Origin: a candidate division WOR-3 bacterium | GTDB lineage: Bacteria > Hydrothermota > Tepidihabitantia > Tepidihabitantales > Tepidihabitantaceae | Assembly (NCBI GenBank): GCA_965648905.1 | Contig: CBFGIT010000011.1 | Location: forward strand, 1 to 64,000 | Length of the DNA stretch: 64,000 nucleotides | Direction of reading: 5' to 3' | In this document: one piece after another, positions 9,495 through 18,786 of the stretch | How positions within the stretch are numbered: the first letter of the stretch is position 1 | How the letters are laid out: the number at the start of each line of letters is the position of its first letter | Position numbers and translations under genes: made by a program | The notes under the pieces: model-generated | Databases searched by the model: none | Told to the model about the DNA's origin: nothing | Seen by the model: the letters and a program-made list of their open reading frames with translations, nothing else

Positions 9495-10616
9495 ATGGCA
9501 CACGCATATACTCCCGGACTGAAGGTAACCCAGCGGACTCTGGTACGGAAGCAGCGACGGCTGCCTCTGCCCGGCGAGACGCTGGTGAACCAGGGCCAGC
9601 GCGTCAAGGGCGACGACATCGTGGCGCGAACCGCGCTGCCCGGCAACGTAACAACGGTCAACGTCGGCGGCCTGCTCGGCGTGCCGCCCGAGGACGTTCC
9701 CTCGATGATGGTTAAGCAGGCCGGTGACACGGTCAAGAAGGACGAGGTAATCGCTCTGTCCAAGGGCTTCTTCGGGCTGTTCCGGTCTGAGGTGAAGTCG
9801 CCGGTTACGGGCACGGTCGAGAACGTCTCGTCGGTCACCGGGCAGGTGATTCTGCGTGAGCCGCCCGAGCCGGTTCAGGTTGACGCGTACGTCGAAGGCG
9901 TGGTGAGCGAGGTCATTCCGCGCGAGGGCGTGGTTGTCGAAACCGAGGCGAGTCTGGTTCAGGGCATTTTTGGTGTCGGCGGCGAGGTACGCGGCATTCT
10001 GAAGACAATCGTTGATTCGCCGGACCAGGTCGTGACCGCGCGCGAGATTCCGGTTGAGTGCCGGGGCATGGTGCTGGTCGGCGGTTCGCTCGTGACTTAC
10101 GAGGCGATCGAGGCAGCACTGGCCCGGGGTGCGAAGGCGATTGTCGCCGGCGGCATCGAGGATGCGACCCTGCGCCGGTTCCTGGGCTATGACATCGGCG
10201 TGGCGATAACCGGCTCGGAAAAGAAAGGTCTGACGGTGATTGCGACCGAAGGGTTTGGCGCGATGCGCATGGCCCAGAAGACATTTGACCTTCTCAGGTC
10301 GCTTGAGGGCAGAATGGCGTCGGTCAACGGTGCTACCCAGATTCGCGCCGGCGTCATCAGGCCTGAGATAATTGTGCCCCATGAGCACTCGGCTGCGTCT
10401 GCGGTTCAGAGCACGGTTGAAGGTGGCCTGGCGCTCGGGATTCCGGTGCGGATTATCCGCCAGCCCAATTTCGGCCGCATCGGCAAGGTGACGAGTTTGC
10501 CGGTCGAATTGGCCGTGATTGAAACCGAGGCCCGAGCCCGGGTGCTTGAGGTGGAACTCGACTCGGGCGAACGTGTCACGATTCCGCGCGCCAACGTCGA
10601 AATCATCGAGGGCTAG
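9495..10616 (+). CDS. Conserved hypothetical protein with barrel-sandwich-hybrid-like repeats and KOW-like C-terminus
   Basis: MAHAYTPGLKVT start; two V..G..V..(D/E).IA motifs, KSPVTGTV, SVNGATQIRAGVIRPE; promoter TTGACT-17-TATCCT at 9457-9485. Confidence 0.65.
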   Translation: MAHAYTPGLKVTQRTLVRKQRRLPLPGETLVNQGQRVKGDDIVARTALPGNVTTVNVGGLLGVPPEDVPSMMVKQAGDTVKKDEVIALSKGFFGLFRSEVKSPVTGTVENVSSVTGQVILREPPEPVQVDAYVEGVVSEVIPREGVVVETEASLVQGIFGVGGEVRGILKTIVDSPDQVVTAREIPVECRGMVLVGGSLVTYEAIEAALARGAKAIVAGGIEDATLRRFLGYDIGVAITGSEKKGLTVIATEGFGAMRMAQKTFDLLRSLEGRMASVNGATQIRAGVIRPEIIVPHEHSAASAVQSTVEGGLALGIPVRIIRQPNFGRIGKVTSLPVELAVIETEARARVLEVELDSGERVTIPRANVEIIEG

Positions 10617-10622
10617 TTCGGC

Positions 10623-11519
10623 TTGAAATCTGGGCTCGGGCTGGTTCTGCTCTTCGGCCTTGCGGCCGCCGGGCCGACCGGTTTCTCATCGCTCAAGGTG
10701 CTGCCTGGTGCGCGTGAAGCCGGCATGGCCGGTGCCGGCGTTGCTTCCAGTATGGGCCCGGCTGCGGTTGCCTGGAACCCGGCAGCAGATGCAGGGCTGA
10801 CCGGCTTCGCGGCGACCGCTTCATACTCCAAGTGGCTTCTCGACTCCCGTCAGCAGGCGCTCTTTGTCTCACGCGGCTTCTCTCCGCTTCGTTTTACTGT
10901 CGGCCTGGTCAGTTTCTCTGCCGGTGAGTTTGAGTACCGGGTCAAGCCGACCGAGCAGCCGATTGGCACATTCACTCCGACCGACCTGACCGCATACCTG
11001 AGTCTGGCACATTCGTTTGGCTCAAGAATACAGCTTGGGCTTACCGGCCGGTACTACTATACGCGGATCATGGAGCACGATGGCAGCGGCCCGGGCGTGG
11101 ATGTCGGGCTCCGGGCAATTCCGTTTAAGAACACGACCATCGGCGTTTCACTTCTGGACTTCGGCAAGACGATTGCCTACCAGCGCGAAGTGTTCTGGCT
11201 CCCCGCACGGATACGCGGCGGCATCAGTCACACCCTGCCTTTGGGTGAGCTGGCGCTGGCCGGCACGATCGACGGGTCATACTTCATCTACAACCGGAAA
11301 GGCGATGTGCGGGCCGGGATTGAGCTGGCATGGAACCAGAGTCTCTTTCTCCGGGCCGGCTACGGTCTGTTCGTCTCCAGTCCGGCAAGCCTCGGGCTGG
11401 GCGCGCGGGCCGGACTGGTACGACTCGACTACGCCTATGCGCCGCTCGGCTTTGACTTGGGCTCGACGCATCGATTTGCCATTACGCTCGGCAGTCTGAG
11501 CAGCCGGTCGTCCTGGTAA
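10623..11519 (+). CDS. PorV/PorQ-family (UPF0164) outer-membrane beta-barrel, T9SS-associated
   Basis: Signal peptide; LKVLPGAREAGMAGA..A..WNPA motif; C-terminal LDYAYAP..DLGSTHRFAITL. Confidence 0.85.
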   Translation: MKSGLGLVLLFGLAAAGPTGFSSLKVLPGAREAGMAGAGVASSMGPAAVAWNPAADAGLTGFAATASYSKWLLDSRQQALFVSRGFSPLRFTVGLVSFSAGEFEYRVKPTEQPIGTFTPTDLTAYLSLAHSFGSRIQLGLTGRYYYTRIMEHDGSGPGVDVGLRAIPFKNTTIGVSLLDFGKTIAYQREVFWLPARIRGGISHTLPLGELALAGTIDGSYFIYNRKGDVRAGIELAWNQSLFLRAGYGLFVSSPASLGLGARAGLVRLDYAYAPLGFDLGSTHRFAITLGSLSSRSSW

Positions 11520-11526
11520 CCAAGCC

Positions 11527-12465
11527 ATGGCTGAAGGTTGGCTCGATTTCGAACAACCGCTCGCGCAACTGGTCGAGCGGCTGGACGAGCTGACTGCGAT
11601 TGGCGCGAAAGAAGAAGCGGCCAAAGTCGCTGACCAGGTTGAGAAGATGAAGGTGAAGCTCTATGCCGACCTGACACCCTGGCAGCGCGTACTCCTGGCC
11701 CGGCATCCCCGCCGGCCCTACACCCTGGACTACGTTGCCCGAATCACGACCGACTTCGTCGAGCTGCACGGCGACCGGGTGTTCGGTGACGACTCGGCCT
11801 TGGTCGCTGGTCTGGGCCGGATTGACAACCTGAAGTGCGCAATTATCGGCCACCAGAAAGGCCGCGATACCAGGGACAAACTCGCCCGCAACTTCGGGAT
11901 GCCGCATCCTGAGGGCTATCGCAAAGCCCTGCGGGTCATGGAGATGGCCGAACGTTTCGGTCTGGCCGTGGTATGTCTGGTTGATACGCCGGGCGCGTAC
12001 CCGGGCGTCGGCGCTGAGGAACGGGGTCAGGCCGAGGCGATTGCCCGCAACCTGCGGGCGATGGCCATGCTTCCTGTGCCGGTGGTCGTGGTTGTCACCG
12101 GTGAAGGAGGGTCAGGCGGGGCACTCGCGATCGCGGTCGGCAACCGCGTACTGATGCAGGAGAACGCGGTCTACTCGGTGATTTCGCCCGAGGGGTGTGC
12201 ATCGATTCTCTGGCGCGACAATGACCGGGCTGAAGAGGCGGCAAGGGTGATGCGCATGACCGCGCGCGAGCTGGCCGAGTTTGGAGTCATCGACGGAGTC
12301 ATCCCTGAGCCGCTGGGCGGCGCCCATCAGGATTGGGATGCGGCCGCGCAACTACTCAAGACCGCGGTGCTCGCGCACTGCCGGGAACTCGCGGCTCTAA
12401 GCGGGGATGAGCTGGTTGCGCAGCGCGTTGCCCGCTTTGCCGCAATCGGCGCTTACGGCGACTGA
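11527..12465 (+). CDS. accA: Acetyl-CoA carboxylase carboxyltransferase alpha subunit
   Basis: LARHPRRPYTLDY, ELHGDR, RNFGMPHPEGYRKA, GEGGSGGALA, SVISPEGCASILW. Confidence 0.97.
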   Translation: MAEGWLDFEQPLAQLVERLDELTAIGAKEEAAKVADQVEKMKVKLYADLTPWQRVLLARHPRRPYTLDYVARITTDFVELHGDRVFGDDSALVAGLGRIDNLKCAIIGHQKGRDTRDKLARNFGMPHPEGYRKALRVMEMAERFGLAVVCLVDTPGAYPGVGAEERGQAEAIARNLRAMAMLPVPVVVVVTGEGGSGGALAIAVGNRVLMQENAVYSVISPEGCASILWRDNDRAEEAARVMRMTARELAEFGVIDGVIPEPLGGAHQDWDAAAQLLKTAVLAHCRELAALSGDELVAQRVARFAAIGAYGD

Positions 12466-12470
12466 TTCCT

Positions 12471-13364
12471 GTGTCCGCGGGTGGTAACTTCCGCTCGGGC
12501 TATGTCGCAATCATCGGCCTGCCCAATGTCGGCAAGTCAACGCTGCTTAACTGCCTGCTTGGCCATCACCTTGCCGCGGTTGCTCCCCGACCTCAGACCA
12601 CGCGCCACAAGCTCCTCGGCATCCTGAACCTGCCCGGTTGTCAGGCTGTCTTCCTCGACACCCCCGGGTTGCTCGACCCTAAGTACGCACTCCAGCGCCT
12701 GATGAAACAGGAGATTGAGAACGCGGTCAAGGACGCCGACCTGCTGCTCGCCGTGATTGACGGAACTGCTGACCCCGGTTCAGTCGAACCGGTGCTTTCC
12801 CTGGTATCGAAACGACCCACGGTTGTGGCGATAAACAAGGTTGACCTTCTGCCTGACAAGACGGTCCTGCTCCAGTTCGCCGCCCGGCTGAGTGCGGCCG
12901 GACTCGACAACGTCCTGATGGTCTCGGCTCTCAAAGGGCACGGAACTGCACAGCTCAAGACCGCGATTGTCAATGCCCTGCCTGAGGGTGAACCCTATTA
13001 CCCGACCGATGAGCTGGCAGACCGGCCCGAGCGGTTCTTCTGCGCCGAGTTCATCCGCGAGGCGGTCTTCAATCTGTATGGCGAAGAGGTACCTTACTCA
13101 ACCACGGTGGTAGTCGAGGAGTTCAAGGAGCGGTTCGGTCGCAAGGACCTTGTCCGGGCAACGGTCTATGTGGAACGGGACTCGCAGAAGGCGATTCTCA
13201 TTGGCCGCAACGGTGCCGCGCTCAAACGTGTAGGCCAACGCGCACGCCGCGCAATCGAGGGCTTTCTGGGCCGCGGTGTCTATCTCGAACTGTGGGTGAA
13301 AGTCGCCCGAGACTGGCGCAACGACGAAGGTTTCATCAGACAGAATGTCTTCGGACGTGGATAG
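12471..13364 (+). CDS. era: GTPase Era
   Basis: GLPNVGKSTL, QTTR, DTPG, NKVD, EEVPY, KH domain SQKAILIG, YLELWVKV. Confidence 0.96.
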   Translation: MSAGGNFRSGYVAIIGLPNVGKSTLLNCLLGHHLAAVAPRPQTTRHKLLGILNLPGCQAVFLDTPGLLDPKYALQRLMKQEIENAVKDADLLLAVIDGTADPGSVEPVLSLVSKRPTVVAINKVDLLPDKTVLLQFAARLSAAGLDNVLMVSALKGHGTAQLKTAIVNALPEGEPYYPTDELADRPERFFCAEFIREAVFNLYGEEVPYSTTVVVEEFKERFGRKDLVRATVYVERDSQKAILIGRNGAALKRVGQRARRAIEGFLGRGVYLELWVKVARDWRNDEGFIRQNVFGRG

Positions 13365-13386
13365 AATCAGCGTACAGCATATCGAA

Positions 13387-13433
13387 CAGATGCGAGACTG
13401 CGATACCTTCTCCTTACCGCAGTCTCGCATCTG
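13387..13433. other. Perfect 16-bp inverted repeat between convergent era and dinG (terminator or small-RNA hairpin)
   Basis: CAGATGCGAGACTGCG-ataccttctccttac-CGCAGTCTCGCATCTG. Confidence 0.75.
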
Positions 13434-13476
13434 ACGTCCCCAGATCGCCTCAATTCCTAACAGTCGACCGTCATAT

Positions 13477-13493
13477 TGCACATCCTGTGCCAA
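13477..13493 (-). promoter_or_regulatory. Candidate sigma54 (-24/-12) promoter
   Basis: Minus strand TTGGCAC-AGGAT-GTGCA; exact GG-N10-GC spacing. Confidence 0.5.
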
Positions 13494-13636
13494 TCAGGGC
13501 CGATGCAGCTAGCATCATAAGTAACGTATATACGTATCTTGCCTATGTGAATCGAACGCTGATTGTATCAGATGCTTTGTGCTCTGACGAATGTTGCTGC
13601 AATATGTCGCGAAATACGGCAGCCAGTCTGCCAAGC

Positions 13637-15589
13637 CTAAGGTTGGATTCTGAAGAACTTCCTGACATCTTCGATTCTCTCTGAGACAGGTAGTCCATCA
13701 GGCAGTGAGCAGAGAAAGAGCGGGCCGTATGGGCGGTCGACGATGCGCCGGTCAAGAACGCAGACCACTCCTGAATCCTGGCTGGTCCGAATCAGCCGGC
13801 CGAATCCCTGGCGGAACCGCAGCACCGCAGTGGGTAACTGATAGCCGGCAAACGGGTCCAGTCCCTGCTCGCGCATCTGCTCAGCGATGGCAGTGAGTCG
13901 CGGTTCATCCGGCACCTCAAACGGCAGGCGGCAGATGATGAGACAGGAGAGTGAATCGCCCGGTACGTCCACTCCCTGCCAGAACGACTGGGTGGCAAAG
14001 AGAACCGAATGGCGGTCTGCGCGGAACTCGTCAAGTAGTCGAGGCAGAGCGCGGTCACCCTGGCGCAGAAGCCGGTATTGCCCCTCGGGCATCAGGTCGT
14101 ACACCGCATTGAGCGCATTGTAGCTCGTGAACAGCACAAGTGCCCGGCCGTGCGACAGTTCAATCAGCCGGCTGATTTCGCGGGCCGCAGCCTGGTGAAA
14201 AGACGCCTCGGCCGTGGGCAGCGGCAGCCGGGCCGGCACATAGAGCAGGCTGCAGCGGCGATAGTCAAACGGCGAATCGAGCCGGAGCTGAACAAAGTCG
14301 TCCAGGCCGAGACGGCCACAGAAGAAGTCGAACCGGCCAGCCACGGTCAGCGTGGCCGAAGTCAGCACGGTACTTGCCAGTCGGGCGTAGACGTGGCGGC
14401 GCAGCGTCGGCGCAACATCAAGCGGGGCCGAAAGCAGGCTCAGACGGCCGGGAGCAGGTCGTTCGAACCAGTAGACATTGGCGTCCGCGTCCGGGTGCTC
14501 GAATGCGCTCAGTGCCGCGGCCGAGCGATGGAGCAGACGCCCGGCCGCAGCCAGTTCGGCCGCAGCCAGCTCGTCGTCAAGCTCGGGTGCGACTTCGTCC
14601 GCCGTGCCGGCCAGACGTTCCAGCGCCTGAGCCGGCAGGCCGGCGGGCAGCGGTTCAACGAGTCTCATGCGTGCTGCGTTGCGCCGCGAGTCGCCCTCGA
14701 ACCAGGCAAAGAACTCTTCGACGGTCTGGCGGGCTTCGGCCACCTCAGCGCCGACCGTGCGCCGGACTGCTGAGCGCGGCGGCAGCAGTCGCATCAGTCC
14801 GCTGCGTTCCGCACCGGCAGCGCCGAGCAGCAAGCCGAGCGCATGCTGGCTGACTTCAAGCCCGAAATGGCGGGCGCAGACGTCCTCAAGACGGTGTGCC
14901 TCGTCAAAGACAACCACCGAGTGCTCAGGCAGCAGGTCAGCCTCTCCGGCCACGCTGGAAAGTAACAGCGCGTGATTGACGACCAGAATGGCGGACTGAG
15001 ACCAGGACTGGCGTGCCCGCTGATAGAAGCAGTCACGGTTGTATCGGCAATTGCGACCCAGGCACGCGGCCGAATCCCGGCCGATGCGACGGCTGAGCCC
15101 TGCGGGTAGCAGGTGCGGATAGCCGAGCAACAGTCCGTCCGTCGTCTGCGTCGACCAGTCAAGCAGGTCATCCGCGGCCCGGGCTTCTTCCTTTGTGTCG
15201 AAAAGGCCACGGCTGACATGCAGCTCCAGGCGGAGACGACAAAGGTAGTTCTCCTGGCCAAACGCAACCGCACTCCGGGTCGGGCCCAATGCCCGACCCA
15301 CAACCTCCAGGTCCTGCTCCAGCAGTTGAGACTGGAGCAGGCGCGTGTAGGTTGAGATGACCACGCGCTGCTGCTCGGCCCGTGACCAGAGCACGGCCGG
15401 CACCAGATAGGCCAGGGTCTTGCCGGTACCGGTTCCGGCTTCGACCGCGAGCCGGCTGCCGGTGTTGAGCGTGTGCCATACCGCATCGGCCATGGCCATC
15501 TGCTGGGTCCGGTGTTCATAGCCGGCAAGAACCTCGGCCAGTCGACCAGATGGGCCGAACCACTCGCCCGCGTCAAATCGATTCGTCAT
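13637..15589 (-). CDS. dinG: DinG/YoaA-family ATP-dependent DNA helicase with Fe-S cluster cysteines
   Basis: EAGTGTGKTLAYL, NYLC, C....C.....CFY, VFDEAH, LTSATL, SPFDY, FWQGVDVPG, QGFGRLIR. Confidence 0.9.
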   Translation of the reverse strand: MTNRFDAGEWFGPSGRLAEVLAGYEHRTQQMAMADAVWHTLNTGSRLAVEAGTGTGKTLAYLVPAVLWSRAEQQRVVISTYTRLLQSQLLEQDLEVVGRALGPTRSAVAFGQENYLCRLRLELHVSRGLFDTKEEARAADDLLDWSTQTTDGLLLGYPHLLPAGLSRRIGRDSAACLGRNCRYNRDCFYQRARQSWSQSAILVVNHALLLSSVAGEADLLPEHSVVVFDEAHRLEDVCARHFGLEVSQHALGLLLGAAGAERSGLMRLLPPRSAVRRTVGAEVAEARQTVEEFFAWFEGDSRRNAARMRLVEPLPAGLPAQALERLAGTADEVAPELDDELAAAELAAAGRLLHRSAAALSAFEHPDADANVYWFERPAPGRLSLLSAPLDVAPTLRRHVYARLASTVLTSATLTVAGRFDFFCGRLGLDDFVQLRLDSPFDYRRCSLLYVPARLPLPTAEASFHQAAAREISRLIELSHGRALVLFTSYNALNAVYDLMPEGQYRLLRQGDRALPRLLDEFRADRHSVLFATQSFWQGVDVPGDSLSCLIICRLPFEVPDEPRLTAIAEQMREQGLDPFAGYQLPTAVLRFRQGFGRLIRTSQDSGVVCVLDRRIVDRPYGPLFLCSLPDGLPVSERIEDVRKFFRIQP

Positions 15590-15953
15590 GCCGAGGCGCG
15601 CTGCCCAGTGCGTAAGAGCGGACGAAGACTTCGTCAAAGTCGTAGACCGAGTGGAAATCCTCTATCCGGTCGGTCTCGGTCTTCGACATCGCGCCGGCCT
15701 CAATCAAGCGGTAGACGATTCTGCCCAGGTCGTCGGTGGTGAATATGCCCCAGGAATTGAGCACCGCTTTGGCGAGTCGGCCATAACGCTCGAGCGCCAG
15801 TTGGCGGGCGCCGATGCACAGCTCCTGACCGGTGACATGATGCGGCCGCTTGAACATCTGCTGGGCATAGGCCAGTGCTTCGTGGACGAACAGGTATGCC
15901 TCAGCCCGGAAACCGGGCTCCGGAACAGAGGTCGAGTCGGTTTCTTCAGGCAC
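15573..15953 (-). CDS. Minf_1886-family conserved protein
   Basis: AYLFVHEAL...HVTGQELC...YGRLAKAVLNSWGI.TTDDLG.IVY.LIE...DRIEDF..VYDF; GTG 6 nt after TACAAT. Confidence 0.8.
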   Translation of the reverse strand: MPEETDSTSVPEPGFRAEAYLFVHEALAYAQQMFKRPHHVTGQELCIGARQLALERYGRLAKAVLNSWGIFTTDDLGRIVYRLIEAGAMSKTETDRIEDFHSVYDFDEVFVRSYALGSAPRHDESI

Positions 15954-16013
15954 AGGCCGATTGTAGCTCTGAACCACGAAGATGGCAAGACCAGACCGTC
16001 GCGTCTGGTCGGT

Positions 16014-16265
16014 CTAGGAAACCGCACCGAAGATGCGGGAAAGAATCTCGTCGCGGCTCACACCAACGTGGCGCGCAACTGCCGTGAGCACGCCGGCCAG
16101 CGTGCCGGTCTTGAGAACCTTATGAGCGGGCACGGTAACAGCGTGACCGCCGTTCTGGGCCGTCGCCAACTGGATGTGTCCTCCGCTCCAGCGTCTTACC
16201 TCGTAGCCGTAGGCCGCAAGCGCTTGGGCCAGCGCAGTTCCCGAAAGGCTACGGGGCAGCTTCAA
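16014..16265 (-). CDS. hicA: HicA-family toxin
   Basis: (M)KLPRSLSG..L...L...GY...R.SGGHI.L......H.VTVP.H..LKTGTL; TTG start at 16265. Confidence 0.85.
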   Translation of the reverse strand: MKLPRSLSGTALAQALAAYGYEVRRWSGGHIQLATAQNGGHAVTVPAHKVLKTGTLAGVLTAVARHVGVSRDEILSRIFGAVS

Positions 16266-16482
16266 GGTCGATGACCTCTTCGCGGCTGGTTTTGACAAAC
16301 CTGAGTCTTATCGTCCCGGGCCGCCGACATTCGTCGCAGTGACAACAGACTGCTGCTCGGACGTTGGCGTACAGTTCGTCCAGAGTCTCGGCTTCGGTGA
16401 AGATGCAGTCGCCCTGCGACCAGGCGACGTAGCCGCCTTCGGTCGCTTCCTCGACGATGAACTCGATTTCGTCTATCGGCAC
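16249..16482 (-). CDS. hicB: HicB-like antitoxin (short form, no DNA-binding domain)
   Basis: EIEFIVEEATEGGYVA....IFTEAETLDELYANVRAAVCCH; directly upstream of hicA. Confidence 0.8.
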   Translation of the reverse strand: MPIDEIEFIVEEATEGGYVAWSQGDCIFTEAETLDELYANVRAAVCCHCDECRRPGTIRLRFVKTSREEVIDLEAAP

Positions 16483-16485
16483 GAG

Positions 16486-17184
16486 TCAGGGCGCCAGCAG
16501 ATAGACTCCGGGCCGCACCGGTGCGGCACGCCGGCCCAGAGCATCATACCAGACCCGACCCGACAGCACCGGCCGGCTGTTCGGCGCTCCGGGCCCGGTC
16601 ACCGGTACAACGACCTTGCGCAACTGCGGCCGGCATGGCACCGGTCGGGCCGAATTCGATTCGCCTACTGCAACCAAGGTAGTGTCGTCTACGGTCACGT
16701 CGTCAACGTAGACCGTGACCCCAGGCAGAGTCGCAAACGCCACGGCAAGAAAGACTGCCGAGTCGGGCGCTGTCACCCAGCGCGAGTACTCACGATAGCT
16801 TGTTCCGGAATAGTAGACCGGGACCAGCTCAGGCAGACCGATTGTGCCGCCGGTGAGGGTGAGGAACTGAAGCACAAAAGAGCCACCCAGAGCACCCGGG
16901 ACCCGCGCGAAACCGGCGAACCGATAGTGATAGCCGGTTCGGATCAGAGTCGCCGACGACATGAATGCCGACGTATCGCCACCAACCAGCTTCACGCACA
17001 GCGCGCCGGTGTGACTGCCCGAGTCAGGCAGAGCCGAGCCGGGATAGAGCGGCTCGGACGTAACCCAGCCGACCGGCATGTTCCCGAGCCACAGCTCAAA
17101 TGAAGGGTTGGGCAGGATGTTAGTGGCAGCGACGGGTGCGAACGTGACCGCAGTCAGCAAACAGAACTTCAGTGTCTTCGTCAT
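16486..17184 (-). CDS. Secreted protein with galactose-binding/CBM4-9-like domain and abbreviated C-terminal sorting tail
   Basis: Signal peptide, NILPNPSFE.W, VYVDDVTV, tail YDALGRR...PGVY; promoter TTGACC-16-TATACT. Confidence 0.65.
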   Translation of the reverse strand: MTKTLKFCLLTAVTFAPVAATNILPNPSFELWLGNMPVGWVTSEPLYPGSALPDSGSHTGALCVKLVGGDTSAFMSSATLIRTGYHYRFAGFARVPGALGGSFVLQFLTLTGGTIGLPELVPVYYSGTSYREYSRWVTAPDSAVFLAVAFATLPGVTVYVDDVTVDDTTLVAVGESNSARPVPCRPQLRKVVVPVTGPGAPNSRPVLSGRVWYDALGRRAAPVRPGVYLLAP

Positions 17185-17303
17185 TCGTTTCCTTATCTGG
17201 CCGGCAAAGAGCTTCAGGTGAGAGTATAGCATGTCTGGTATCCGGGTCAAATTGCCGTCCTCCTTCGGGCTTGACTGCTGTACGGCTCGGGCTAGAGTTC
17301 ATC

Positions 17304-18725
17304 GTGCTCTACCGACCGCTCAATGCCCGAACCATCCAACGGCTCGGTGAACTCTGCTCGGCCGAGCGGCTCGTCACCGGTCCCGAAGACCTGGCTGACT
17401 ACGCGCACGACGAAAGCGTCGAGCTGCCTCACCTGCCCGAGGCAGTGGTCAAGCCGGTCTCGACTGAAGAGGTCGCGGCGATACTCAAGCTTGCCTCAGA
17501 AGAACGGTTCCCGGTCACGCCGCGTGGACTGGGGACTGGCCTTTCCGGCGGCGCAGTACCACTTCATGGTGGCATTGTTCTATCCCTCGAACTGATGAAG
17601 GAAATCGAGGTCGACACCGCCAATCTGGTCGTCTTTGCCCGGCCCGGGGCGACGACCGACGCGGTGCAGAAAGCCTGCGCTCAGTACGGTCTCTACTACC
17701 CGGTTGACCCGGCTTCACTCGAGGACTGCTCGATTGGCGGCAACGTGGCCGAGAACGCGGGCGGGGCAAGGGCATTCAAGTACGGCGTGACTGGCGACTA
17801 TGTGCGCGGAATTGAGGCGGTGCTGGCCGATGGCACGATTATCAACTGGGGCGGCAGACTGCACAAGAACGTCACGGGCTACGACCTGAACCGACTGCTC
17901 ATCGGCAGCGAGGGCACACTCGCGGTCATTACCGGCATCAACCTGAAGCTCATCCCAAAGCCGCGCCAGACCGTTGACATCCTTGTTCCCTTCGACCGCA
18001 TGGCTCAGGGCCTCGAACTGGTCGCGCGGATGGTCCATCACCAGCGCCTGCTGCCCGCGGTGGTCGAGTTCATCGAGCACCGGGGCATTCAGGCCTGCAA
18101 CGCAGTGCTCGGCAGTGAGCTGCCATTCCCTGACGCCGCGGTCCAGGTGCTCATCGAACTCGACGGCAACGACCGCGAGTCCGTCCTGGCCGACTGCATT
18201 GCGGTCGGCGAGGCGGCCATCGGCCTGGGCGCACGCGAGCCACTCGTGGCCGACAATCCTACCGACCAGACCCGGCTCTGGAAAGCACGACGTGAACTGC
18301 ACGAAGTCCTGAAGCAGTACTATGCCGGGCTTGCCACCGAAGACGTGGTCGTGCCCCTCGCGCGAGTCCCGGATCTTGTGCTCTGGCTTGCAGGCCTGGA
18401 GCAGAAACACGGCGTGCCGATTGTTCCCTGGGGCCACATCGGCGACGGCAACATCCACGTCGGCATGTGCCGCGAGGCGTGTGTTGACCCGGCAACCTGG
18501 CCGGACCGGAAGCGTGCGGTTGTCTCAGACCTGGCCGACTACGTCATTCGCGTCGGCGGTCAGATTTCCGCCGAGCACGGCATCGGCTCGACCAAGAAGT
18601 GGCTGATGCCCAGGGCGGTCGGCCCGGCCGAGCTTGAGGTCATGGCACGACTCAAGCGCACCCTGGACCCGACTTCGATCCTCAACCCCGGGAAGATACT
18701 GCCTGCTCCGGCAACGCAGGCCTGA
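17304..18725 (+). CDS. FAD-linked oxidase, GlcD/D-lactate dehydrogenase family
   Basis: PRGLGTGLSGG, SIGGNVAENAGG, GSEGTLAVIT, GHIGDGNIH, SAEHGIG, LNPGKI; GTG start 5 nt after the -10 box. Confidence 0.9.
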   Translation: MLYRPLNARTIQRLGELCSAERLVTGPEDLADYAHDESVELPHLPEAVVKPVSTEEVAAILKLASEERFPVTPRGLGTGLSGGAVPLHGGIVLSLELMKEIEVDTANLVVFARPGATTDAVQKACAQYGLYYPVDPASLEDCSIGGNVAENAGGARAFKYGVTGDYVRGIEAVLADGTIINWGGRLHKNVTGYDLNRLLIGSEGTLAVITGINLKLIPKPRQTVDILVPFDRMAQGLELVARMVHHQRLLPAVVEFIEHRGIQACNAVLGSELPFPDAAVQVLIELDGNDRESVLADCIAVGEAAIGLGAREPLVADNPTDQTRLWKARRELHEVLKQYYAGLATEDVVVPLARVPDLVLWLAGLEQKHGVPIVPWGHIGDGNIHVGMCREACVDPATWPDRKRAVVSDLADYVIRVGGQISAEHGIGSTKKWLMPRAVGPAELEVMARLKRTLDPTSILNPGKILPAPATQA

Positions 18726-18786
18726 CCGTGCGTCCGCGGGCGAGCCGCCGGATTTGACCGGCACCGAAGTCAGGTCATACTTCACC

